Positions 12,624 to 21,635 of a DNA stretch of 64,000 bases are shown here, piece by piece (the stretch's first letter is position 1; each line of letters begins with the position of its first letter). Under the pieces are notes generated by a model that was not told where the DNA came from, did no database searches, and was given only the letters and a program-made list of their open reading frames with translations. The position numbers and the translations under genes are program-made. The stretch lies in the NCBI GenBank assembly GCA_004764695.1, contig SMSO01000025.1:3410001-3474000 (forward strand). Reading direction: 5' to 3'. The DNA comes from Schizochytrium sp. TIO01. Taxonomy: Eukaryota > Protista > Bigyra: Labyrinthulomycetes.

Positions 12624-13213
12624 ATGATTGTCTTAGACCCAGGGATACTCTCATTTCAGAACATGTGCGAGCTTGATAGCCGAGTCATTGAGTGGGGCAC
12701 AAGGAGAGACCAAAAACCATAGTTTTTCTCTGTCGCCACGGCGACAAAATCCAAGGGAAACTGTCTCAAAAAGAAAAACGTAAAACTACCTTAAGACATG
12801 CATACTACGCGCACTCCTCAAAATCAAGAACAGGACTACTGAGATTCACCGAAAGCATGCACTTTGGCTCTGCAAAAACTACCGTGCTATCTGTCCTCTT
12901 GCCCAAAATTGAAACCTCTAAGGTGGCCAACAAAGTGACAAGACGGATGCAAAGCAAGATAATTGGCGAATGATGTGTCGTTGGCTTCGAACAAGGACTC
13001 ATTCACAAAGCCGAGTTTTCCTCCTGGTGTAAATTTATTATTTACTGAAAGGATTACACGTTAAAACCACGTAATGAATGTGGTATCATCCACAACAAGC
13101 TCAAGGTTTTCGAATGCCCCAAATGCAAACATGTAGCTGATCGTGATATCCACGCCGCCAGAGCCATTCTTTTGCGATACCTGCCCAAGAATATGATTGA
13201 AGTTTGTCCTTGA
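12624..13213 (+). pseudogene. tnpB: Fanzor2/IS607-TnpB RNA-guided endonuclease pseudogene (RuvC + zinc-finger half)
   Basis: Joined across frames: MIVLDPGILSFQNMCELDSRVIEWG (RuvC-I) / IVFLCRHGDKIQGKL / RALLKIKNRTTEIHRKHALWLCKNY / VLLPKIETSKV (Fanzor2-type RuvC-II) .. FEQGLIHKA..CKFIIY*KDYTLKPRNECG..CPKCKHVADRDIHAARAILLRYL (ZnF, RuvC-III). At least 3 frameshifts; in-frame stops at 12971 and 13046; N-terminal half missing. Confidence 0.9.
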
Positions 13214-13410
13214 GCCGTGGGTTAAAAACTAACCCGCGATTATGTCTAAAAGCCCCAAAGTCGCCCCTGGAAATGCAAGTTTTGCAAAGTTTTTAAGTTT
13301 ATGCTAAGATTACTTCTACACAGTTCGATTTAACATGATAATTTTTTGACCATGTTCCCGTGCCTTGTTAGAACATTAAAATGAATGGGTAGGTACTGTT
13401 CTCTCACCAA
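13214..13410 (+). ncRNA. Candidate omegaRNA (right-end RNA) scaffold plus guide region
   Basis: Position immediately 3' of tnpB. 9-bp hairpin CGTGGGTTA-AAAAC-TAACCCGCG (13216-13238, one G-U pair) and TGCAA-GTT-TTGCA (13274-13286). Extent is inferred. Confidence 0.45.
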
Positions 13411-13492
13411 GCACTGATGCCCGAGTGGTCTAAGGGGTCGCATTCAAGCTGCGATATCTTCGGATGCGCGGGTTCGAACCCCGCTCAGTGTA
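13411..13492 (+). tRNA. trnL-CAA: tRNA-Leu(CAA), copy 4
   Basis: Identical to copy 1; followed by a T-tract. Confidence 0.97.
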
Positions 13493-13863
13493 ATTTATTT
13501 TTCCCCATTGTTCAATGGGGTTCTTGTTATTTTTTAATTAAGTAAATGTTATTAATTTTTGTTATTTGTAAATAAGCACTTATATATTTGTGAATACCTA
13601 TTCACTAGCACCTATTAATATTGCCGTGTTCTGTGTAATGAGGCTCCAGAGCATTAATTCAAAGCTGCTCATTGATGAAATAATTTAGGGAACAATGTGA
13701 TTCGTTAAGATCCTTACGATGGCAGGCTAAAGAGTAAGGTTAGCGAAGCACCAGTATGGTTAACTAAACGTAGGATATGTTAACTCCTGCATAATCATAG
13801 ATACATGTACATTTCACATTTTGTAAAGTCTAAATAGGCATCAAAATATATTTAAATTTCACT

Positions 13864-16800
13864 CTATTCCAGAACGTTAAGTGCGTGGTACTTGCAAAGA
13901 AGGTCTACAGCTCCAATGAGTTGTTCATAGGTGCAGTCTATGGAATTGTCATCTATAAATTGTTCTGCACTTCGCTTTATTTTCCTTTTATCCTGGAGAT
14001 AATGAATCACGCCGTCAGGCGACGAAAGATCCATATTTCTGGCTGGAGTTTTGACAATATAGTCAAGAAATTCCGCTAAATCCTCACGCCTATCAAAGAG
14101 TGTCTCCAAAGAATCCTCTTTAGGAAATGTGCTGTGGTTAGATTGAGAAGATGCTCCCCTTGCATTATGTACCTTGTCAGCTGTGACGAAAGCGTCACAG
14201 GCTACCGTAGAAACGGAGTCAGGAAGGTTTTCAAAACAACCAAGGTAGTGATGCACATTGTGCATATAAACCCAACAGTCTTTGGCCACACGGCGCACTG
14301 GTTTGTGATTTAGTGTGTTGCTCCCATCTGAGTTTTCATAGAAGATATCTTTAGTATAGTTGTGCACATCTCGCGACTGGCAGAGCTTTTGCTTTTTGGA
14401 TGGACTGATGTGTTTAGCACGCTTGGTTACATGAAGTTTAATGTCTTCAACCTTGTCATAACCGCTGGCATTTTCTGCCTTTAATTGATTAGCAATGACT
14501 TCAAAAGTATGAAGGCCCGGAGCAAATCTTTCCAGGCATGTTGTATTCGGGTACGTGGTTTCCCCAAATGATGCGAGTGCAAATGCGCCAGGAAGACCAT
14601 GATTAATACGGCCTAATTGCTGGTGAAGCCCGTCGATCGTGGTATTTTGGTGGCCATGGTAGAGGTCTGTTAATTGAATGAAGCGGGACTTAGACTCAAC
14701 ATTTACAGAATATTTAAACAAAGCCTCACCCGATATTGAAATTTGTAGCGGGTTTTTAATGAGAAAGTCAGCCATAGCTGTACGTTTCACAGCAATATGT
14801 TTTTGCGGAGGGATCGAATCCGGGCAAAGCCCAATCTCGGTATCGTACCTCAATTTTGAACGTTGTGAAACCATATAGAGGAGCTCCACGAAAGACAGGC
14901 GCGACTTTGCATCTGCAAAAAGCCCTGTGGGGGTACGATCAGCGTTCTTCCGTTTCCTCGTCCGTCCGTTTTCCTCTTTGGGTCGTCGAACGAGATACCC
15001 AATAAAGAAAGTTTTTATTGTTTCAAAGTCTTCTTGGGAATTAATTTCACGATATGGATTGTCACCGGTCTCATGTTCTGAAATACCCCAAATGCAAGCG
15101 TATCCTTCCTTGTATCCACCACCTGCAAAAGCTTTCTCCTTCAAGGTACTGAGAGCATCTTTGTGGATAACGTTCTTATGGTTTGCGTCCTCGCTGTTGT
15201 CGGAGTAGAAATGTTTAACGGAGTCTCGAAAGTGTTCGCGACAGCGAGGTTTCATCACCACTGCACCATTTTGGAAATGAAAAAGCTTTCGTGCAGCTTG
15301 CATTCCAAGGAATATACCAGGACGATATTCAAAGTCACGTGATCCAGTAGTCCTGAACGATCCGTAATTGGCAACACCGGCCACAAATGCCTTAGGGATT
15401 TCCGCCACCTTATCACATTTTCCTTTCAGATATGTTCTCATCATATTATTAAAGACTTCCTGGAAGTAAACCCGCGTGGCAAGTAGGCGACAGTGCGTCA
15501 AGTTCACACTGCGGCCTCCACTCTTTGATTGTCCTATAGCGCGATTAATAAAGAGTGCACAGCTCGTCCTGATTGCTGGTGCGCATGTTGCGCAAATTAT
15601 TTCTGGGGGCAAGGCCTGATAATCCGGTTCGAAACTTTTTTTTGTCGTCCGAATTAACCCTCGGACACCCAAAAACTGTGGATAGTGAAGTTTCTCTCCA
15701 TGAAGTTCTTGGGACCTATTTATCATGAAGTCTTCAGCAGCCTTAGCCCAAACTTTTTTCCACTCTGAATCGAGTTTCTCGATGTGACTTTCTGCCATAT
15801 CTAAAAAGTTGAGGTTAACTGGGTAAATATGTAACTTTGCAAATTCTCTCAGTTCATCTTCAGGTCGACCGTAAAGCTCAATATAGTAACCCGGACGTGG
15901 CTTTAGAAATGCTTGATGCCCTCTTTGGTTGGTATTAGCATCTTTAAGGACTGCCAAAATGCGCTGAGGTTCAGGTGTAGCGGTGATAAGAGTGTAGCTT
16001 TTCATGCGATCGTTCCTACCGATGAGGTCTTGGAAACTCTGAGCACGCTTGTTGGTGGCCACCATGCATTGAGATTCATCAAGCAAGATGTGGTACCTTT
16101 GGCTAGCCTTCATTCCCCTCTCCATTGACTCAATATTGGGGGAGCTAAAAATGCGAACATTGAAGGGAGTAACATGAATGTTCTTTTCGGAAACATCAGT
16201 GCAGTTCCTGTCATTCTTCTTTCTCCAGTGATCATCTTGGTTCAGCCTTATAAACCGAATGAAAAAAAAAATAGTAGCCTCTCTATTCGAAGAGATTTTA
16301 GCCTTTTGGTCTAGGTAGAGGGCAGGGTATTTATCCTCAAAAAGCTTTTCAAACGACTTGAACCTTACGTTGCAATCTTGAAGGAAAGACTGCATGTGAT
16401 TGTAGCCTGTAGACGATTCAATAGTAAAGTATACGGGGTAGCTACCACGGCAAACATGCTCAATAAGACCCTTCACACTTGAAGCAGCTGTTTTCCCGGA
16501 CTGACAAAACCCAATAATATCCAATTTATGTCCGCCAGAAAAGTAATCCTTGCAATCTTGCTCTGTCATGAAAGCAATTGCGTACATTCGCATAATATGA
16601 ACGATTAAAACAAATTTAATTGCAAGTGCAATTCGAATTGACGCAGGGCTGTTCCTGACATAGTCAGTCAAAAGATATTTGGCGATCGTCCCCGGGTCAA
16701 AGAAGTCACAATTGGACGTGTAGACAGGCTTGTAACTTGTAAGCTCTTCGCCCTTCTCATCTTGCGTGAGAATTTGCTGGAGGAACCTGAGGAGAGGTGA

Positions 16801-17100
16801 GTTGGTAGAGAGCTGCGTACGAACTTCGCCCTCCGTTAAGCTCAACTTCTTGAGAAGTGCCGCAGCTTTCGAGACGCTGTCCATTGGAATTGGTGCGCCT
16901 CTCTCATCATCATCGGAATCACTATCGTAGACAAAGAATCTAGACTCGCGATCGTCCGAACTGTTGAAAACGCGTCGAGGTACATCTGGTTCACTTGTCG
17001 ATGGTTCCTCAACCTGGCTGTCGCCACTTGAAGCATCATCATCGTCTAGTGTAAGATCGATAACGTCTTCGGGCCAGAGGCGATTAGCAGACTTAGTCAT
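13864..17100 (-). CDS. Uncharacterised 1078-aa protein with divergent SF2-helicase/Z1-like ATPase motifs
   Basis: Long intact ORF. Motif I IIGFCQSGKT, motif II ILLDESQ, motif III LITATP, LKPRPGYY, C-terminal ISISGEAL..QLTDLY..DGLHQQLGR. N-terminal VIDLT plus acidic stretch. Confidence 0.8.
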   Translation of the reverse strand: MTKSANRLWPEDVIDLTLDDDDASSGDSQVEEPSTSEPDVPRRVFNSSDDRESRFFVYDSDSDDDERGAPIPMDSVSKAAALLKKLSLTEGEVRTQLSTNSPLLRFLQQILTQDEKGEELTSYKPVYTSNCDFFDPGTIAKYLLTDYVRNSPASIRIALAIKFVLIVHIMRMYAIAFMTEQDCKDYFSGGHKLDIIGFCQSGKTAASSVKGLIEHVCRGSYPVYFTIESSTGYNHMQSFLQDCNVRFKSFEKLFEDKYPALYLDQKAKISSNREATIFFFIRFIRLNQDDHWRKKNDRNCTDVSEKNIHVTPFNVRIFSSPNIESMERGMKASQRYHILLDESQCMVATNKRAQSFQDLIGRNDRMKSYTLITATPEPQRILAVLKDANTNQRGHQAFLKPRPGYYIELYGRPEDELREFAKLHIYPVNLNFLDMAESHIEKLDSEWKKVWAKAAEDFMINRSQELHGEKLHYPQFLGVRGLIRTTKKSFEPDYQALPPEIICATCAPAIRTSCALFINRAIGQSKSGGRSVNLTHCRLLATRVYFQEVFNNMMRTYLKGKCDKVAEIPKAFVAGVANYGSFRTTGSRDFEYRPGIFLGMQAARKLFHFQNGAVVMKPRCREHFRDSVKHFYSDNSEDANHKNVIHKDALSTLKEKAFAGGGYKEGYACIWGISEHETGDNPYREINSQEDFETIKTFFIGYLVRRPKEENGRTRKRKNADRTPTGLFADAKSRLSFVELLYMVSQRSKLRYDTEIGLCPDSIPPQKHIAVKRTAMADFLIKNPLQISISGEALFKYSVNVESKSRFIQLTDLYHGHQNTTIDGLHQQLGRINHGLPGAFALASFGETTYPNTTCLERFAPGLHTFEVIANQLKAENASGYDKVEDIKLHVTKRAKHISPSKKQKLCQSRDVHNYTKDIFYENSDGSNTLNHKPVRRVAKDCWVYMHNVHHYLGCFENLPDSVSTVACDAFVTADKVHNARGASSQSNHSTFPKEDSLETLFDRREDLAEFLDYIVKTPARNMDLSSPDGVIHYLQDKRKIKRSAEQFIDDNSIDCTYEQLIGAVDLLCKYHALNVLE

Positions 17101-17761
17101 AGTCTTCGCTGGCTTCGACGTAGGATGGCTAAAGGTTAAGACGAAGCGAGTCTTTGCCTTGTTTGATTGGCGATTCTATACTAACAAGAAATTAGGGAAC
17201 CTCAACTGCCTTAGCTTGATGCAAGACTGGGTGAGTTTCACGTTTCCTTGTTGAATAGGTGAATTTTGAAGGCGAACTTCGAAAACCCGGAATCAGGCAA
17301 TGGCAAGTTGCGAAGCTTGACACAAAACTCAACAAGTTGTTGGCTTTATTGAACGGCTAGTCGGCTTCAGGGCCACCAACTCAGGCTATTGTAATTTATG
17401 CAGCTTGACAGAAAGGCTGATCAGAGCCTCTTTCCCACCTCACAGATGAATAATGCCTAAGGAGATTATTGCGTATTTCCTGTTTTCGCTTAAACAGAAC
17501 CTCTGCACAAGAGTACTGGTCTGGTCAACACGAACGAAACACCAGCCTTGGCTATTGCGAAAACAACAGTATTGCGGGGTACGACACCTCCAAGCTTGCT
17601 AGGGTCTCGACAACTTAGAGTTGAGGAACTGCTGCCTCGATTTCTATTCTAAAGTTTTCGACCTTGATCATACTATGATTTATTATTATTATTATACATT
17701 GCTACTAGCCAGTAATAGATTTGTAATTTCTTATTGAATATTTTTATCATGACTCTAGCTA

Positions 17762-17999
17762 GATATACTATAAACTTTAGTAGTAAAATAGTAAAGGTCA
17801 AGTCATGATATACTGTAAACTTTAGTAGTAAAATTGTAAAGGGTTTCGCTCTCAAGTCATGATATACTGTAAACTTTAGTAGTAAAATAGTAAAGGGTTT
17901 CGCTCTCAAGTCATGATATACTGTAAACTTTAGTAGTAAAATTGTAAAGGGTTTCGCTCTCAAGTCATGATATACTATAAACTTTAGTAGTCGCTCTCA
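17762..17999. repeat. Tandem minisatellite, 54-bp unit, ~4.3 copies
   Basis: Unit CAAGTCATGATATACTGTAAACTTTAGTAGTAAAATTGTAAAGGGTTTCGCTCT starting at 17799, 17853, 17907 and 17961; the first (from 17762) and last copies are partial. Confidence 0.95.
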
Positions 18000-18532
18000 A
18001 ATAGTCAATTTGAGAGCACATACAACACTAAGAATATTAGCTAGCTAAATGAAATGCTAAGAGGTCATACAGAGCTGAGAGCAAGGCACACTTCGGTCTT
18101 CGGAGTGGTTACGAAGATTAGCCATTTATTAGTTTCATACATCACCTCCAACCCTGGAGCAAGCAAGAGGGGAGAGCACACTTCTCAAATTGTTGGGTTA
18201 AACTAGTCTTTAAGTGGAGAGCACCGAGCAAAATATTCCAGGAACAAATAGCACTGACAAAAGAAAAGATGTCTCGTTCGTTCTTTAATAATTCTTCATT
18301 TCTGCTATGAAAACTAAGCAGTGATGCTGGTGAGTTACATAACTTGAAGTTGACTAATGAGATTTTGCTTCATTATAGGCTAAGGGGCTGGCTCGCTTGA
18401 ACATCTGCACACAACAACACCAGAAGTAAGGGGAACAAGGTCATCAATACATGTAAATCAAAGAACATGCTCCTCATCATTTTGACCATCTGGGAGTTAG
18501 GCAGGTTAAATGAAGACTATATCAGAATATCA

Positions 18533-20590
18533 CTAGCGATCGATTGTGTTCTGTACAGAAGCATGCTGAGCAAGGTTTTGCGGTACAGCAGCCTGAGAAC
18601 TGCGAAGAAATTTAACCAAAGGGGAAAACATGGCAGCATCCTCCTCAGTTAGAAGAGTGGACGCAAGACCCTTCTTGCCGGCACGACCTGTACGGCCAAT
18701 GCGGTGCTCGTAACGCTCAATTTCAGTGGGCATTTCATAATTGATAACATGGGCTACATTAGCAATATCAAGACCGCGTCCCGCAACATCTGTGGCGATA
18801 AGTACATCGAAGCGACCAGATTTAAAAGCTTCAAGACTAGCTTCACGTTGAGCTTGTGCCTTTCCACCGTGAAGCACTGTAGCGCGAACACTGGTGCTCT
18901 GAAGGTATTCAGATACAGCATCGCACCCTTTCTTGGAGTTTGCAAACACAATAATAGGAGGGGCTGTAGAACGAATAAGTTGGGTGAGTTTTTCCCGTTT
19001 TTTGCCCTCCGTCGGCATAAGGTAGACCTGTTGAGTGATGTTCTTGTTTTTGCTAGTATCTTTGTCGCCAATGCGTACAATAGAAGGATCGCGCATATAT
19101 TTCTGAGCAAGAGCCTCAACTGCTGGAGGCATAGTAGCGGAAAACATGATTGTAATCCTTGACAGTGGATCGCCATTCATCTTTCCAATGACCGAATGGA
19201 CCTGGGGTTCAAAACCCATATCAATCATGCGATCTGCTTCATCGAGAACAAGGTAGATACATTGGTTAAAAACCACATATCGATGCTCAAGGCAGTCTAA
19301 GAGTCGGCCAGGTGTAGCTACTACAACGTGAGCACCTTGGCGTAGCTCTGTAATTTGATCTTGAATTGCATTACCTCCAACAACTACTGCAATACGAACT
19401 CCAACAGTGAGCTTTCTAGCTTCCTCCCCAATTTGTTGAGCAAGTTCGCGAGTGGGCGCCATGATCACTGCCAGTGGGCCATCCTCGCCACACGCATGCA
19501 GTTTTGATTCTGGTTGATGCAAAAGGTTCACAGCGAGTGGAATAACAAATGCTGCTGTTTTACCCGATCCAGTCTCTGCCACGCCTATGATGTCGCGCTT
19601 CTGCATACCAATTGGGATTGCTTGCATCTGAATAGGTGATGGTTTAGTATATCCTACCTTGCGAATAGTCTCACGAAGCTCTTGTGGCAGTTCCATTTCA
19701 TCCCACCCTCGTGCCGGTGGGGGAACCTGGGTACCCTTGACATAGATATCGTGGTCCTCACGTACAATACGCCAATCTCTGTCTGTCATCTCACTCAACT
19801 TCTTTTCGCTCCAGTGAAGAGCACGGCGTTTAATGTTCTCAAGGGTATTAGGTTCAACTCCATTCTCACGTTGCCTTTTTTCTTGAAGAAGAATACGACG
19901 CTTTTCTAGCGGGTCAAGAGCATCTGCAGCTTGCCATGACCTTGTGCTAGATCCTACATAGCTTCGAGTTGAGGCAGCTCGGTCTTTATATAGTGGATTG
20001 GTTTCCTGATCTGCTGTGGCCTCATCTTGATCGTAAGAGAGGTCTAATTTGAAGCGGTCCAATCCATGTTTCTTCGTCCTGAGTTGCTTGTTTACGTGTT
20101 TATTCTGTATGGAAGCATCTAATGATTGTGTAGAGGTTTTGAGTTCCTGTTCCTTCTCTCCCTTCTTGTGTTTCTTCTCTTTCTTCTCTTTCTTCTCCTT
20201 TTTCTCCTTTTTGTGTTTGTGATGCTTCTTGGACTTTTGACCCTTTTCTCGCTCATCGTTCCCCTCTGCAGAAGAGCCATGACGTCGCTGTGCTTCACGC
20301 TCTGCTTTCGTCATGAACCGAATACCGTTGCCTATTGAAGAATTGAGTCTGTCTACAGTCTCTACGTCTGCTTTCGCAGCTACCGTTGGTGCTGTTTCTG
20401 AACGAGACGTAGCGTTAGTTGCGCCTCGAAGATCATCATTCTGCTCATGGTCAGCTTTGGTTGTTGGTGCCACCGAGGTAGCAGCTGCCGCCGCACGTTC
20501 TGCGGCGATAGCTTCAGCACGAGCTGCGATGCGGGCAAAACGCTCAGCCTCCGCACGTTCCTCAGCGCTGAGGCCTTCAAGACCGTCCAT
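18533..20590 (-). CDS. DDX23: DEAD-box pre-mRNA splicing helicase DDX23/PRP28
   Basis: HWSEKKLSEMTDRDWRIVRED, Q motif PSPIQMQAIP, AETGSGKT, PTRELA, TPGR, DEAD, SAT, HRIGRTGRAG. ATG start chosen at MDGLEG (20590). Confidence 0.95.
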   Translation of the reverse strand: MDGLEGLSAEERAEAERFARIAARAEAIAAERAAAAATSVAPTTKADHEQNDDLRGATNATSRSETAPTVAAKADVETVDRLNSSIGNGIRFMTKAEREAQRRHGSSAEGNDEREKGQKSKKHHKHKKEKKEKKEKKEKKHKKGEKEQELKTSTQSLDASIQNKHVNKQLRTKKHGLDRFKLDLSYDQDEATADQETNPLYKDRAASTRSYVGSSTRSWQAADALDPLEKRRILLQEKRQRENGVEPNTLENIKRRALHWSEKKLSEMTDRDWRIVREDHDIYVKGTQVPPPARGWDEMELPQELRETIRKVGYTKPSPIQMQAIPIGMQKRDIIGVAETGSGKTAAFVIPLAVNLLHQPESKLHACGEDGPLAVIMAPTRELAQQIGEEARKLTVGVRIAVVVGGNAIQDQITELRQGAHVVVATPGRLLDCLEHRYVVFNQCIYLVLDEADRMIDMGFEPQVHSVIGKMNGDPLSRITIMFSATMPPAVEALAQKYMRDPSIVRIGDKDTSKNKNITQQVYLMPTEGKKREKLTQLIRSTAPPIIVFANSKKGCDAVSEYLQSTSVRATVLHGGKAQAQREASLEAFKSGRFDVLIATDVAGRGLDIANVAHVINYEMPTEIERYEHRIGRTGRAGKKGLASTLLTEEDAAMFSPLVKFLRSSQAAVPQNLAQHASVQNTIDR

Positions 20591-21053
20591 GTTTCGATTG
20601 AAAAGAAAATTGTCAAGGTATTGCTCCTTCAAAATATCATTGGCGAGATCTATTTCAAAGTTTAATGGACACTAGCAATTTCGGTATATAAACTTCAAAT
20701 CGTGATTGTCCTCATATCCAAGATACGGAGCCGCGTGGCTGAAGGAGGCGCACCATACGGGATTCAATTGCGATCTGTTGCTGTTTGCTTTGTTTGTTGA
20801 TAATCAACCCTCGTGCTGTTCATTTAAAAATATGTGCAGAAAAAATATGGCTTTTCAGGCGAACATGGTTCAAGGTATAATGCAAGAGGTCCCCAAAACA
20901 TGGATTAGCACATGCAACGCTTAGAAACATGAAGGGATACCAGTCGTACAGGATTAGACAGGGCAGAACCCAATGATAGGAGAAAAATGAAGTGACAATA
21001 TATGATTTATAATGAGAAGAAAACGTGTTTGCCTTGGTGACGATGAGTCAAAG

Positions 21054-21635
21054 TCATTTCGAAACAATCTGTTGATGGTGCTTTGGTTGTTGACGCTGGG
21101 CTTGGAACTGTAGTTCTTGAGCAAGAAGCGTCTCGAAAATGCTTGGTTGCACCTCTTGCCAGATCTGCTCCTTTTCTTCTGCCAATCTTTGCTGTTCAAG
21201 ACGTAGGTTGCGGTCACGCTCATCCACATCTTTCAGAGCAGGTTCAGGTAAAGAACCAAAGCGCTCTGTGATGTCGTCGAGGCGACGTTTGACCTGCGCG
21301 TCAAGAACGGGAGACTTGCCTTGCAAGACGTAGGCAACCTCAGAGGCACGAAAAAGTTTTAGCATATCTTTGAGGAGAAAAGAGGCTACCTGCTGCTGAT
21401 GCTCATCGAGTTGCCCGAGTGACCCGAATCGAGGTCTACGATTCTTGTCGCCCGGCACGAAGAGCGTGAAGGAGCTAGGTAATGACTTTTGACAAGCGCG
21501 AACGGGTTTGATCGATTGGATCAGGCCCTCGGGGGCCATCATAACTCGATAAATCCCGCGCTTTCCGGCCCGGACCGGTTCCATAAGCGACGCCAGAGAC
21601 TGGTCGTACAGCTGTTGGGCGGTTTCCAGGTCCAT
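21054..21635 (-). CDS. Hypothetical protein (193 aa, C-terminal coiled-coil/Q-rich)
   Basis: ATG-initiated ORF with protein-like composition in a gene-dense stretch; no family recognised. Confidence 0.6.
   Translation of the reverse strand: MDLETAQQLYDQSLASLMEPVRAGKRGIYRVMMAPEGLIQSIKPVRACQKSLPSSFTLFVPGDKNRRPRFGSLGQLDEHQQQVASFLLKDMLKLFRASEVAYVLQGKSPVLDAQVKRRLDDITERFGSLPEPALKDVDERDRNLRLEQQRLAEEKEQIWQEVQPSIFETLLAQELQFQAQRQQPKHHQQIVSK

Larger units (their letters stand above)
11913..13374 (+). mobile_element. Degenerate IS607-family (Fanzor2-encoding) transposon; boundaries approximate
   Basis: tnpA serine-recombinase remnant followed by a tnpB/Fanzor2 remnant in the same orientation, the canonical IS607 order. 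Limits taken tentatively from a 9-bp direct repeat TGTTAGAAC at 11913-11921 and 13366-13374. Confidence 0.85.

Noticed and set aside
17762-17999. CRISPR-like array
   Set aside because: Units are directly adjacent with no unique spacers and no cas genes nearby; it is a minisatellite. The 96-aa ORF over it is a repeat artefact.
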